DNA from: Acidimicrobiia bacterium
GTDB lineage: Bacteria; Actinomycetota; Acidimicrobiia; IMCC26256; JAGNEX01
Direction: 5' to 3'
Length of the DNA: 64,000 bases
Assembly (NCBI GenBank): GCA_018003035.1
Contig: JAGNEX010000004.1
Span: 651 to 64,650 of the forward strand
Part shown: piece after piece, positions 35,550-45,774 of the stretch
How the letters are laid out: every line of letters begins with the position of its first letter
Numbering within the stretch: position 1 is the first letter of the stretch
Notes under the pieces: model-generated
Told to the model about the DNA's origin: nothing
Databases searched by the model: none
What the model saw: only the letters and a program-made list of their open reading frames with translations
Translations under genes and position numbers: made by a program

Positions 35550-38405
35550 TCAACCTCGCCGCGCACGCGACAACAACACGTGCGCGATAGAGCCAGCGAC
35601 CACGGCCCAGAGGACAGCAAACAACAGCGGGCTGACGAACCGGTCTCGATCGGTCCCCAGGATGATCTCTCGCACCGACGACTCTTTGAACACAGAGGCA
35701 CCCGCAAGGCCGAGCACCGAACCAAGAATCCAGGTCGCAAATACGATGATCAGCAGAGCCCCAATCACGGACGCCGACCACACCACTGCGGTCACAACCC
35801 TTGGTGAGGCCTGACGCGGGATGCGGACCGGTCTGCGATGCCGCTGAGCGTCCGCCAACATCTGCGTCACCCGCTGGTCGTTATCCGCCCCGATGGGACG
35901 GGTGTAGCCATGTCGAGTCTGCGTCGCAGACAGCCCGGCGGGTCCCCCTGGACGTCCAGGTACAGGGCGGGTGCCTCGCTCGGGGCCAAGACTGCGAGCA
36001 CCAGGAACATCAGCCCGGGTGGAGTCGGCGGGTGGTCGGTAGAGCTCGCCTGACGCTGCAACCTCACGCGTGCGGTCGCTGGCCGGTCGGTACAGGCCTC
36101 CGGACGCGTCGTCAGGCGCGTTCTCAGCGCGCTCAAAGGCACTACGCGGCATCCTCGGGGCGCGCTGGGGATCACGACTGGCCCCACCGCGATTGTCGAT
36201 ATCACGACGTCCAGGATCCCGACGCCGAGGCTCTGCACGCCCCGAGCTCGAAGTTGAGCTCCTCTCGCGGGGACGTCGACGCCCGTCGTCAAAGGATCCG
36301 GTCGACTCTTCGGCATCTGAGCGGGACCGACTGGTCGGACGCCGATCGGGCCGCTCGGCTGCCGAAGAGGACCTGCGATCGTCCCCGCTGCGGTCAAGGT
36401 CGCCCCGTCGGTTTGGTCGATCGGGTCCGTCGACTGGACGGCGGCCGCTGTCATCTCGATCTGGATCCGATCGACGGCGTCGACGATCGGGTAGCGGAGC
36501 TGCTACCGGCTCGAAGGGGACGAGCCCGCCGGAGCGATCCTTGACGAGCGGGATGGATGCGTCGGGCACGACCTGGCGCGTTCCGGGCTTCCGCTTGCGA
36601 GCTGGCTGCGGACGGGTCGTCGCATCAAAGACGACAGTCGGATCGATGTTTGTCGTCGCGGCCGAAGCGGCCTCTTCGTCAAGCACGCGAACGGCACGAA
36701 TCCCTGTCAGGAGATCGATCTCGGAAATGGAGGAATCCGTGCTGGTGGGAAGGTCACCAGCATCGCCCAGGTCTTCTTCTTCGTCGATACTCGCATCGTC
36801 GTCGATGCCGCCGCCGAAGTCGCCAATGTTCTCGGTATCCGCACTGCCGACATCGTCGAGACCCATGAGAGCGTCGATGTGTGCCGACCGCTCCTCACCA
36901 GACGTAAACGAATCATCGTCCCAGCTGTCCTCGTCATCAGGAGAGCCGGCCGACGAATCGCCCTCCTCTTCACCGGATTCAAGTGAATCGTCGGCGGACC
37001 GAGAACGACGGCCGAGTCGACCAAAACGGGAACGGCCTTTCTTGCGGTCCCCAAAGAACCCGTCCAGCCGGTCGCTTCGGGACTCCTCTTCCTCTTCGTC
37101 GTCCTCAAAAAACTCACTGCCGAACGCGTCGCTAGGCAGCTCATAGAGAGATTCCAGGCTGCGCGTTGGCTCACCGTCGGCATCGGCTAAAGCACCGGCA
37201 GTGTCGGCGCTGGCTTCGGAATGGCTGGCCGGCCCATCATCCTCGGAATGCGGCCACTGAGGGTCGTCCTCGCCCTCATCCCCAACCTCGAGCTGGTCGT
37301 GCTGACCACCTACAAGGTTGTCGAGCTCCTCCTCGATGTCGTCCAGACCAAAATCGGCGAAATCGAAGCCGGACTCGTCCAGATCGCCTGAGTCGTCAGC
37401 TCCGTCGGCGTCATCGGTGTCGTCGTTAGCATCCTCGACAGGGTCTGCCGGAGCGGGGCCGCTATCGAACAGACCGCCGAACTCGCCGCTTGTGACCTCA
37501 GCTTCAGCAGGGGTTTCCTCCGAATCCGGCCAAGCAGAAGACCGGGACCCCTGACGGCGAGGAGCATCGGCGATATTTGAGTAACGACCGGGCCGGGCCG
37601 CGTCTTCGTCAAACTCTGGTTCTACCTCTGGTGGGCCCGAACGCGCCGGACGCGGCCAACCTCCGGTCGGACCAATCGCGTCCGCACCGATCCGCAGGGA
37701 GCCAGAAAGGTCTGCGCCCCCAAGGTCGAGCAATGCGTCGAGGGGATTAAACGTCCCGGGCGAAGCGGCAGCCCCAGGCTGGTGTGCATCCGGTGTGGAC
37801 CGAGTTGCCGAGCCTGCCGGGCCCCTGCGGCCAGACCCCGCACTGGTGGGTGCCGACGTCGATGCTGGCGTGCCTCCGTCGGTCTTGACTCCTCCGTCGG
37901 GTGTGTCGACAGGAACTGAATCATCAGGTGAGGTCACATCATCAGGCGACGAATCCGCCGCTGGCTGAGCCTCTGCATCAGCGCCTTCCTCAAAGAGGTC
38001 TTCTAAATCCGAACTCCACGCATTGAGCGTGTCGTCATCCCACTGCTCGAGGGTTCGCGTCAGATCGTCTTCGAGGGCGGAATCGGCCGAGTCCGACACC
38101 TGGCCCGAACGGCGCCCCTGCCGAGGGCCGCGTGAGGCAGCGTCCGGTCGCTGCTGATTGGAGGACTCGCCTCCGGCTGCCTGGTCGGCTCCGTCTCCGC
38201 CGCGGCGCCCGCGACGAAAACGCCTCGCACGCTGTTTTGGTTCGGGACCAGACGCTGCCTGAGCAGCGGTCTCCTCGGGGTCGCGCCAAGCAACAGGCAC
38301 CTTGAGGCGCGCACCGCACCGCAAACAGGCGAACGTGTCGCCCCCCGGCACCTCGGCCTGGCGGTGGCGTCGACCGCATTTCGGACATTCGAGAAGCGAT
38401 GCCAT
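35550..38405 (-). CDS. Giant hypothetical protein: N-terminal zinc ribbon, about 830-aa disordered acidic-then-basic region, C-terminal 2-TM anchor
   Basis: 951-aa uninterrupted ORF. The N-terminus ECPKCGRRHRQAEVPGGDTFACLRCGARLKVP has CxxC-x17-CxxC (MJ0042-like finger). The C-terminus has VVTAVVWSASVIGALLIIVFATWILGSVLGL and LLFAVLWAVVAGSIAHVLL. The start is 2 nt after the trpD stop. Confidence 0.65.
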   Translation of the reverse strand: MASLLECPKCGRRHRQAEVPGGDTFACLRCGARLKVPVAWRDPEETAAQAASGPEPKQRARRFRRGRRGGDGADQAAGGESSNQQRPDAASRGPRQGRRSGQVSDSADSALEDDLTRTLEQWDDDTLNAWSSDLEDLFEEGADAEAQPAADSSPDDVTSPDDSVPVDTPDGGVKTDGGTPASTSAPTSAGSGRRGPAGSATRSTPDAHQPGAAASPGTFNPLDALLDLGGADLSGSLRIGADAIGPTGGWPRPARSGPPEVEPEFDEDAARPGRYSNIADAPRRQGSRSSAWPDSEETPAEAEVTSGEFGGLFDSGPAPADPVEDANDDTDDADGADDSGDLDESGFDFADFGLDDIEEELDNLVGGQHDQLEVGDEGEDDPQWPHSEDDGPASHSEASADTAGALADADGEPTRSLESLYELPSDAFGSEFFEDDEEEEESRSDRLDGFFGDRKKGRSRFGRLGRRSRSADDSLESGEEEGDSSAGSPDDEDSWDDDSFTSGEERSAHIDALMGLDDVGSADTENIGDFGGGIDDDASIDEEEDLGDAGDLPTSTDSSISEIDLLTGIRAVRVLDEEAASAATTNIDPTVVFDATTRPQPARKRKPGTRQVVPDASIPLVKDRSGGLVPFEPVAAPLPDRRRRRSDPDRDDSGRRPVDGPDRPNRRGDLDRSGDDRRSSSAAERPDRRPTSRSRSDAEESTGSFDDGRRRPRERSSTSSSGRAEPRRRDPGRRDIDNRGGASRDPQRAPRMPRSAFERAENAPDDASGGLYRPASDRTREVAASGELYRPPADSTRADVPGARSLGPERGTRPVPGRPGGPAGLSATQTRHGYTRPIGADNDQRVTQMLADAQRHRRPVRIPRQASPRVVTAVVWSASVIGALLIIVFATWILGSVLGLAGASVFKESSVREIILGTDRDRFVSPLLFAVLWAVVAGSIAHVLLSRARRG

Positions 38406-38407
38406 TG

Positions 38408-39448
38408 CTACGAGGCTTCCTGCTGGCTGATTGTCACCAATGCGTGCAGAACCTCAATGGGGCGTTGGTCGCTCATTGCCTTGCGCGCTATGTCGACACC
38501 GTCAGCGATGGTCGACACCGCCCCAGAGACACACAAAATTGCTCCGGCGTTCAAGGCAACGATGTCTGATGCGGGTCCGCCGTCTCCGGTCAAGATCTCT
38601 GGAACAGCCGCGACTCGTTGGCCGAGTTCGCCGCCCTGAATTGCTTCCAGCGGCGCTTCAGAGATTCCGAAATCCCCGGGCCTGATCACGATTTCAGACA
38701 CCAAACCGCCGGAGTAGCGCAAAACGGTTGAAGGCCCTGACAGGGTGATCTCGTCGAGGCCGTCCGAGCCCCACACCACCATCGCTTCGGTCACACCTCG
38801 CCGTGTGAGGACGGCGAGCATGCGCTCGGCCATCGTCGCGTCGCTCACGCCCACGAACTGGCGCCCGACCCTTGCGGGATTCGCAAGGGGCCCGAGGAAG
38901 TTAAAGAGCGTTGGGACGGCCAACTGTTGGCGTACCGGGCCGACAAAGCGCATCGACGGGTGATACGACCGAGCGAAATAGAAGCCCATTCCCGAGCCTT
39001 TGATGCACGCGGCGACACCCTCGCCTGGAAGGTCGATCGCAACCCCCAGCGCCTCCAACAAGTCAGCCGAGCCGCAATCTGACGACGCCGAACGATTTCC
39101 GTGCTTTGCGACGCGCGCACCCGCACTGGCAGCGACGAGCGATGCCAAAGTCGAGACGTTGATTGAATGCGACCGATCCCCGCCCGTGCCGCAAGTATCG
39201 ACCAAATCGGAGAGGTCTCCCAGATCGTCCAGCGGAGCCGGCTGCGCGTTCTCGTACATCACATCGAGGATCGCCGCGAGTTCCGAGGCGTCCTCGCCAC
39301 GAACCCGCATCCCAAAGATCAACGCGGCCGTCTGAGCGTCGGATGCTTGGCCGGACAGGATCTGGCGAAAGGCCCAACGGATGGAAGTTTCGTCGAGTGC
39401 CCCAGCGCGCAACTGCGTGAGTACCTCAGCCCACGACGTTTCAGCCAT
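38408..39448 (-). CDS. trpD: Anthranilate phosphoribosyltransferase
   Basis: 346 aa. Motifs DTCGTGGDRSHSINVST and AKHGNRSASS. Confidence 0.95.
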   Translation of the reverse strand: MAETSWAEVLTQLRAGALDETSIRWAFRQILSGQASDAQTAALIFGMRVRGEDASELAAILDVMYENAQPAPLDDLGDLSDLVDTCGTGGDRSHSINVSTLASLVAASAGARVAKHGNRSASSDCGSADLLEALGVAIDLPGEGVAACIKGSGMGFYFARSYHPSMRFVGPVRQQLAVPTLFNFLGPLANPARVGRQFVGVSDATMAERMLAVLTRRGVTEAMVVWGSDGLDEITLSGPSTVLRYSGGLVSEIVIRPGDFGISEAPLEAIQGGELGQRVAAVPEILTGDGGPASDIVALNAGAILCVSGAVSTIADGVDIARKAMSDQRPIEVLHALVTISQQEAS

Positions 39449-39489
39449 CGATTCCGATCCTCCGTCTCATAGAACTCGTCCAAGGCTAG

Positions 39490-40062
39490 GTGTCGCGACC
39501 CCCTAGTGGGAGGATGCTCACCGTCACATCACCCTCTCAAGGGCCGCAGCGCGCGAGCCTTACTGGGTCACCTAAAAGTCCAAGGGCCCAAATCCACGAG
39601 GAGCGCCTGTTGAACAGTCTTGCCGACATCCGTTGGAAATCGGTCGCGGCCGGGGCTGCGAACGGTCTGCTGTTCTTGGTGATCGCCGGTGTTGGCGAGT
39701 TGATCCACCAGGCCGTCGTTGACGATCCGTGCGACTCATCCTGGAGTTACCTGCTCTTTGCCGTGCAGATGTTCGGCTACCTCTTCGCCGGTTACGTCGG
39801 TGCCCGGTACCAACCCGAACGCCCGCTAACCCACGGAGCGTTGGCAGCGCTCGGCGCGGTCATCGCAGGGCTCGTCTTGGGTGCCGCACTGAGCAGCTTT
39901 GTCGACACCGCAGACTGCGGGAACGAGTTCGTCATCGTGGTGTTTTCCCGGTCCTTGTTTGCCGTGGGCCTTGGCCTGGTCGGAGCGACCTTCGGCCAGC
40001 GCGCCCTGCGGATCTACGGGCTTCCCGGCGACGAGACGCCACGATCCGACACCGACGCCTGA
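39490..40062 (+). CDS. Hypothetical integral membrane protein (about 4 TM helices)
   Basis: 190 aa (GTG start). Hydrophobic segments GLLFLVIAGVG, YLLFAVQMFGYLFAGYVG, ALAALGAVIAGLVLGAAL and LFAVGLGLVGATFG. No family recognised. Confidence 0.5.
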   Translation: MSRPPSGRMLTVTSPSQGPQRASLTGSPKSPRAQIHEERLLNSLADIRWKSVAAGAANGLLFLVIAGVGELIHQAVVDDPCDSSWSYLLFAVQMFGYLFAGYVGARYQPERPLTHGALAALGAVIAGLVLGAALSSFVDTADCGNEFVIVVFSRSLFAVGLGLVGATFGQRALRIYGLPGDETPRSDTDA

Positions 40063-40230
40063 GCGGTGGGGTTCGGGGCGGCAGTCCCGAATCGCGAGCC
40101 GCGACTTAGCCTGCCTCGGGGCGTTGGTTTCCCGATCGGACGACCGGATCAGAGCGGCGTGGGCCGCCACGACGCGACCCGGCCGGCGCCCGGTCCTCTC
40201 GAGCCTCAGCAACCGTGCAATGCTGTCGAA

Positions 40231-40596
<366 letters not shown>

Positions 40597-40718
40597 CCAC
40601 CATCTCGACGCCAGGTGCCGCCCAGAATGTCTGCTCCGTGAGTGCTGCCCTGGGGTGCGCCTGGCCAGTGGCCCGCGAGGCGGCGACACATCGGTCGGGC
40701 GCCGACGTTGTGTTGTCG

Positions 40719-42494
40719 CTACCGAGCGTCTGAGTTGAGCATCATCTCGGAGACCCGCACGATGTCGCGCATGTCGATGATGCCGACATATCGCTCGCCG
40801 TCGACCACCGGAATCCGGTCAAGACCCGACCGTTCCATCGCCTGGACGGTCTTTCGCAGATTCCAGGTGAGCGCAGCGGGTGTCACATCAACGCGCAGTG
40901 TGTCGTTGACCGTGGTCACCGCGCGCATCCCCTTATCGACGTTCTCAAGAGACTGCGGTGTCATGACACCCAGGTACACCCCATCATCGACGACCGGCAC
41001 CACATCAGAGCCAGCGGACGGAAGGAAGTCCCGCAGATAATCGTCGATCGACGTGGCCGACGGCACCGTTAACGCGTCACGGCTAATCGCGGCGGTGACC
41101 GGCAAACGCAAGCGCCGCTCCACCGCTCCGGCGCGCCGCGAACGCTGGTCAGGGGCAATAGAAGCTGGCCCCATAACCAGCTGAGCCAGAGCGGTCGCGA
41201 TGATGCCCGGCACAACAAAGTCGGCTCGCGTGGTCGTCTCAGCAACGAACATCACAGCAGCGATTGGAGTCCGGTAGCCAGCGCCCAGAAAAGCGGCCAT
41301 GCCGACCAGGGGGAGAAGCGTCGAGGTTGAGGACTCATTGAGCATTCCCGACACCGAACGGCCGAGGAGGGCCCCCAACGCTGCGAGCGACACGAACACC
41401 CCTCCGACGCCCCCGCCGCTCAATGCCAGCAGCGTAGCGCTCCACCTAAAGGCAAAGATCGCCACGACGAGCCCAACGCCGACGTCGGTATTGGTGGCCC
41501 AACGGATCGTGTTGTACCCCGCCCCGAGGGTGAGAAACTCGTCGGTCAACGAGAGCGAAATCGCAGCGATCGCGGCGATTCCAACCGACGCAATGACCAC
41601 GCGGTACCGCCACCGAATGTGCAGCGCCGTGTGCTTGGCCGCAAGCGCAGTCATGGCAAACAGGCGGGCGCCGAGCCCGGACAGCAAGCCGACAAGCGCC
41701 GCAGCACCGAGGTCGGGGGTGGTCACACTCGACGCGGTGAACAGCGGTAACAGGGCCTGACTTCCGTTGAGGGCGATAAAGGTGAGGTAGGACGCCGCTG
41801 CCGCGATCAAAGCTGGCAGCACCGATCGGCCAGAGGAATCGTCTCGATATGGCACTTCGATCGCGAACAACGCACCGGTCGCCGGCGCTTTGAAGATGGC
41901 AGCGACGGCAGCGGCCGTCCCGGCGGTCATCAACAGCTTCGAATCTCGGGTCGAAAACATTCGGTGAAAACGGTCTTGAACCTTTGCCCCAATCGCCGCC
42001 CCGAGATAGACGCTCGGGCCCTCGTAACCCAGGGGAACGCCCGAACCGAGCGTCAGGGCGGCCGCAAGCATGCGCGCCGGCACCGGTTTGTACGGGAAAG
42101 GCGCGCGGCTGTGATAGTTCTGCACGTAGACGTCGGAATTCGACGGCGAGGCACGATTTCCCAGGTAACGCAGGGCAAGCATCGCACCCAGAAGCCCGAA
42201 ACCCGGAGCGATCATCCGGGCGGCGTTGGGCAGATGATCCACCCATTCAGCGACCACCTCGGCGGTCACATAGTCAAAGACTGCGACCGCCAGACCGACG
42301 ATGATCCCGACAAACATGGCGAGCAGCAGCGTGCGTTGCCACTGGCGCTGCCAGCGTTGAACGGTCAGCCGTCGAGCATCCGCTTCACGTGCAAACCGCT
42401 GAACGACACGCTTTCGCCAAAGGGCCACACGGGTGGACGCCTTACCCATCGAGTGAGGCCTGGGGAAGTGGCACGACGTTAAAACCGCTGACAA
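40719..42494 (-). CDS. ClC-family chloride channel/transporter with C-terminal CBS-domain pair
   Basis: 591 aa. Polytopic core with GSGVPLGYEGPSVYLGAAIG (GSGIP/GxEGP-like selectivity motifs). The C-terminal roughly 140 aa have a tandem CBS pattern. The start may be MGKAS at 42449. Confidence 0.88.
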   Translation of the reverse strand: MSAVLTSCHFPRPHSMGKASTRVALWRKRVVQRFAREADARRLTVQRWQRQWQRTLLLAMFVGIIVGLAVAVFDYVTAEVVAEWVDHLPNAARMIAPGFGLLGAMLALRYLGNRASPSNSDVYVQNYHSRAPFPYKPVPARMLAAALTLGSGVPLGYEGPSVYLGAAIGAKVQDRFHRMFSTRDSKLLMTAGTAAAVAAIFKAPATGALFAIEVPYRDDSSGRSVLPALIAAAASYLTFIALNGSQALLPLFTASSVTTPDLGAAALVGLLSGLGARLFAMTALAAKHTALHIRWRYRVVIASVGIAAIAAISLSLTDEFLTLGAGYNTIRWATNTDVGVGLVVAIFAFRWSATLLALSGGGVGGVFVSLAALGALLGRSVSGMLNESSTSTLLPLVGMAAFLGAGYRTPIAAVMFVAETTTRADFVVPGIIATALAQLVMGPASIAPDQRSRRAGAVERRLRLPVTAAISRDALTVPSATSIDDYLRDFLPSAGSDVVPVVDDGVYLGVMTPQSLENVDKGMRAVTTVNDTLRVDVTPAALTWNLRKTVQAMERSGLDRIPVVDGERYVGIIDMRDIVRVSEMMLNSDAR

Positions 42495-43044
42495 CGGGCC
42501 AGGCGGCGGTTCCTTCGATCACCGACATCGCAGCGTTGTCAAGGCGAAACCGCCACGAGGAAACTGGGGACATGCCGAGGGCGTTGGTGAGTAGCGCTTT
42601 GATGGGTGACACGTGGCTGACCGCGACCACTGGCGTACCGCCCAACCATTCGCTGAGGAGCGGCGCCACGCGTTGGCTCACTTGTTCCAGCGACTCGCCG
42701 TCACGCGGGGAAAAGGTGGCATCCGTGCGCCATGCATTGGCGGCTGAGCCAGGGACGTCCTTGAAGGGAACGCCTTCCCATTGGCCGTAGGACACCTCGA
42801 TGAGTCGTTCGTCAACGACCGGCTCACAGCCGATCGAGCGAGCGATGATCTCGGCGGTCTCCACGGCGCGACGGAGCGGGCTGCAGTACAGGCGCCCGAT
42901 CGACGAACCGTAACGTGCTCGGAGAAACTCGCCGAGAGCTTGTGCCTGTTCCATCCCGACCTTGTTCAGCGCCAGGTCGGAACGTCCCTGCAGAAGCCCA
43001 TGAGCGTTTGCGTCGGTCTGGCCGTGTCGGGCAAGGATCAACAA
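42442..43044 (-). CDS. Histidine phosphatase family protein (phosphoglycerate mutase/CobC-like)
   Basis: 200 aa. N-terminal catalytic LILARHGQTDAN (RHG motif) and a downstream SH motif (VVAVSHVSPIKAL). TTG start. Confidence 0.85.
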   Translation of the reverse strand: MLILARHGQTDANAHGLLQGRSDLALNKVGMEQAQALGEFLRARYGSSIGRLYCSPLRRAVETAEIIARSIGCEPVVDERLIEVSYGQWEGVPFKDVPGSAANAWRTDATFSPRDGESLEQVSQRVAPLLSEWLGGTPVVAVSHVSPIKALLTNALGMSPVSSWRFRLDNAAMSVIEGTAAWPVVSGFNVVPLPQASLDG

Positions 43045-43095
43045 CGCGCCAGCCGCCTCCGTTCTTGGGTAGTCGTGGTGGGTGTCGGTTCGGCG

Positions 43096-43575
43096 TTACC
43101 GGGAGCCGATAGGCGGGCTCACCGTACCGGTGGCGAGGAAGGTTTGCCGTCGGCGCGGTTCACTGAGCCCGAAATGTTTATAGAACGCTACACAGGCAAC
43201 CACGCCGAGCAGCTCGCGAGCGACCAACCAACCGGCCGCCGGCAACAATGCGTGACTCCCCCAGTCGGCTCCTAGGGCAGGCCACCAGAAAACTGCCTGG
43301 TCCGCCCAGACCCCGTCTAGAACGAGGTGTGCCAACATGCCGATCGGAACGCCTAACCAACGTCGCTGTCCCAGACGAGAGCGCTGAGCAAGCATCACTA
43401 CAGCCATCACCAGGCCGGCAGCGACAAGGGTGTGACCAAACGCCCAGTGACCGACGGCCACATCTACCGCCAACGGAACGAGCGCCCCCAGGGCGAGGAA
43501 ACGGTAATCGACGCCGCGGGACTGGAAAACCGCCCAGACTCCCCACCACGTGAGCCCGATGAAATAGAGAATCAC
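43096..43575 (-). CDS. Membrane protein, possibly YdjM/DUF457-type metal-dependent hydrolase
   Basis: GTG start at 43575, 4 nt after the upstream stop. 159 aa and hydrophobic, with conserved-looking His/Asp (VGHWAFGHTL, AHLVLDGVW). The family call is tentative. Confidence 0.5.
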   Translation of the reverse strand: MILYFIGLTWWGVWAVFQSRGVDYRFLALGALVPLAVDVAVGHWAFGHTLVAAGLVMAVVMLAQRSRLGQRRWLGVPIGMLAHLVLDGVWADQAVFWWPALGADWGSHALLPAAGWLVARELLGVVACVAFYKHFGLSEPRRRQTFLATGTVSPPIGSR

Positions 43576-43579
43576 GCTC

Positions 43580-44293
43580 TCAGGTGCGCACCAGAATGCA
43601 CGAGCAATTGTCGCAGCGAGGCACCGCGTCGGGCGACATTCCTCTGATCCGGTCGACTTCGACTGCGGGAAGCGTGAGGTGACAGCCCTGGCAGGTATTG
43701 CCGACAAGCTTGGCGACCCCTACACCTCGGTTGTGGGTACGAATGCGCTCGTAGGTGGCGAGAAGCGCCGCATCGATGACGTTCGCCGCTTCGACTCGCC
43801 GCGCTTGTAACGCTTCGACTTCGGCTTCGAGGTCGACTTCCCGCTCGGCAAGCGCCGTGGTCGCTGCCGCCACTTTGGCCCCGGCAGTTTCCAGGCCCGC
43901 GGTCTGGTCCGCAATCGTCGTTTCGATGGTTTCTCGCGCCTCCATCTGGACCAGGTTGAGATCGTCGAGGTGATCGCGCTGGCGGCGGAGCTGATCGAGA
44001 TCGGCCTGCCACATCAGAAGTTCGCGGTGGTTGCCCGATCCCGTTTCGAGCTGGTGCTCGACGTGGGTCATCTTGTCGGCCAGTTGGGCCGCCTCGTCGG
44101 AGAGCTTGGCCTCGGCTTTGAGACGCTCGTCCCGGGCCGACTGGGCCTTTTCGAGTTCGCCACGCCGGACTAACTCATCCTGTTCGGCTTCGTTCAGCGC
44201 CGCTCGCTCGGGGAGCTCGCGGAGCTGGCGTTGAAGCCGCACCAAATCGATATCGATTTCTTGGAGTGCGAGAAGTTCCTCGAGTGCGCCCAT
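43580..44293 (-). CDS. COG1579-type coiled-coil protein with C-terminal C4 zinc ribbon
   Basis: 237 aa. Long coiled coil, then CQGCHLTLP...PRCDNCSCILV. Confidence 0.8.
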   Translation of the reverse strand: MGALEELLALQEIDIDLVRLQRQLRELPERAALNEAEQDELVRRGELEKAQSARDERLKAEAKLSDEAAQLADKMTHVEHQLETGSGNHRELLMWQADLDQLRRQRDHLDDLNLVQMEARETIETTIADQTAGLETAGAKVAAATTALAEREVDLEAEVEALQARRVEAANVIDAALLATYERIRTHNRGVGVAKLVGNTCQGCHLTLPAVEVDRIRGMSPDAVPRCDNCSCILVRT

Positions 44294-44394
44294 CGGGCGG
44301 CATCGTAGCGCGCCGCCCAGGACAGGTCGGCCCGAGCGACGCTACGAACTCTGGTCAGCAGGAGATGGCGCCGAATCTGCCGCTACCCCGCTAG

Positions 44395-45477
44395 CTAGAC
44401 CCCGATCAGCGCGGCCGACAGCACTGCTGCCATCGCCTGATATCCCTTGGCATTTGGATGGAACGACGAACCCGGGTCGGGCAGCAGCGTGTACCCATTG
44501 TGATAGGGGTCCTCGGTACACAGCTCGTGGCCCTGATCAGCGCTTCCAACCTCGACATAGCGCACACCAGCAGCAGCAGCCGCGCGCTTGACCACCGAGT
44601 TGATCTCGGCCATCTCGCGGGCAACCCAATCCATCTCTTTACGTGTCCAACCAGCAGCGGCGGGACATTCGGTTGCAGCGTCTTCGGTGAGCGGCGCGAA
44701 CTCGGCGTATCCAAAGACGACGATGGTCGCGTTCGGGGCGGCCGCCTTCACCGCGTTGTACGCGTCGGTCAATGCTGGTTCGATCGATTTGATCCGGTCG
44801 CTCATGATGTCGGTTCCGTCTTGGTTGGCGAACTCTTCACAATCTTCGAGGATCGAACACCCGATGACCGCTTCGGTCCATCCGACATCGTTTCCGCCGA
44901 TCGAAAGGGTCACAAGGTCGACAGAGCCATCGAGGGCGGCAATTTGGGCTGGCCCTTTGTCGCCGTAAGGTTCGGTGATGTGGCGGATTTTGGCGCCAGC
45001 GCAAGCGACCGATTCGACCTCGGTAGGTGCAATGGCTTCGATCGACTTGGCGAACAGGAAGGGGTAGGCGTTCGACGAACGAGCGCAGCCTCCGAGTAGG
45101 TCATAGGGCGGCGCGCCGGTACCGGAACTGTACGAATCGCCAAGCGCCACATACTTGATGACACCATCGCCATTACGGTCCGCCACAGCACCCCCCGTTC
45201 CGCCCCCTGCAGGCGGCTTACTCGTCGGCGGAGTGGTCGTTTGAACCGTTGTTTGGGGCGAATCTGTGGTCGAGGTTCCCTTTGAACCCACCGTTGTCGT
45301 AGTCGTCGTGCTGTGTGGCACCGTGGGCAGCACGACGGTGGGCTGACTCGTCGGGGTTACCACCTGATCGCTGTCCTTGGAAGCCCGGCTCGCCATCCAA
45401 CCGATGACACCACCGATCAGCAGAGCCGCCACGACGGCGGCCACGATCACCGTGGTCTTCTGGTTTGAATCAGACAT
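44395..45477 (-). CDS. Secreted/anchored SGNH (GDSL-like) hydrolase
   Basis: 360 aa. N-terminal TM helix, Thr/Pro-rich linker, then block I ALGDSYSSG, block III SIGGNDVG and block V FHPNAKGY. Confidence 0.85.
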   Translation of the reverse strand: MSDSNQKTTVIVAAVVAALLIGGVIGWMASRASKDSDQVVTPTSQPTVVLPTVPHSTTTTTTVGSKGTSTTDSPQTTVQTTTPPTSKPPAGGGTGGAVADRNGDGVIKYVALGDSYSSGTGAPPYDLLGGCARSSNAYPFLFAKSIEAIAPTEVESVACAGAKIRHITEPYGDKGPAQIAALDGSVDLVTLSIGGNDVGWTEAVIGCSILEDCEEFANQDGTDIMSDRIKSIEPALTDAYNAVKAAAPNATIVVFGYAEFAPLTEDAATECPAAAGWTRKEMDWVAREMAEINSVVKRAAAAAGVRYVEVGSADQGHELCTEDPYHNGYTLLPDPGSSFHPNAKGYQAMAAVLSAALIGV

Positions 45478-45774
45478 TCAGGCCTCTCACATTTTCATTG
45501 TTCGGACGGGTCTGGACTCGGGCGGTCTGGCCGGGTCGGGGTCACACCGAAACCAAAGTGAGCAACCGAGAAGGCCACACCAACTCACATCAAGACGCAG
45601 CAGGGGACCCAAACGGTGTTCTCTTGATTCATCACGGCAAACGGCTCAACCCACCGTCGCGCATACCCGAGGCAAAAGATTTTCGCTTCGAGAAAGCAAC
45701 CTCCGGGGCGACGGCCAACCGGCAACGGTCTGTGTGTCACAGGCCAAACGCAGTGAAACCGACGCCGAGATAGT

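Noticed and set aside
35146-35814. 222-aa and 162-aa plus-strand ORFs across the gap between the NYN gene and the giant gene
   Set aside because: They overlap the ends of two better-supported minus-strand genes, and their translations are not protein-like. The 320-bp gap is treated as the NYN gene's promoter region.
36070-37146. 358-aa plus-strand ORF (Ser/Arg/Pro-rich) inside the giant 951-aa gene
   Set aside because: It is the antisense shadow of a low-complexity acidic region. The 951-aa minus-strand frame is longer, has a zinc ribbon and TM helices at its ends, and is start-coupled to trpD.
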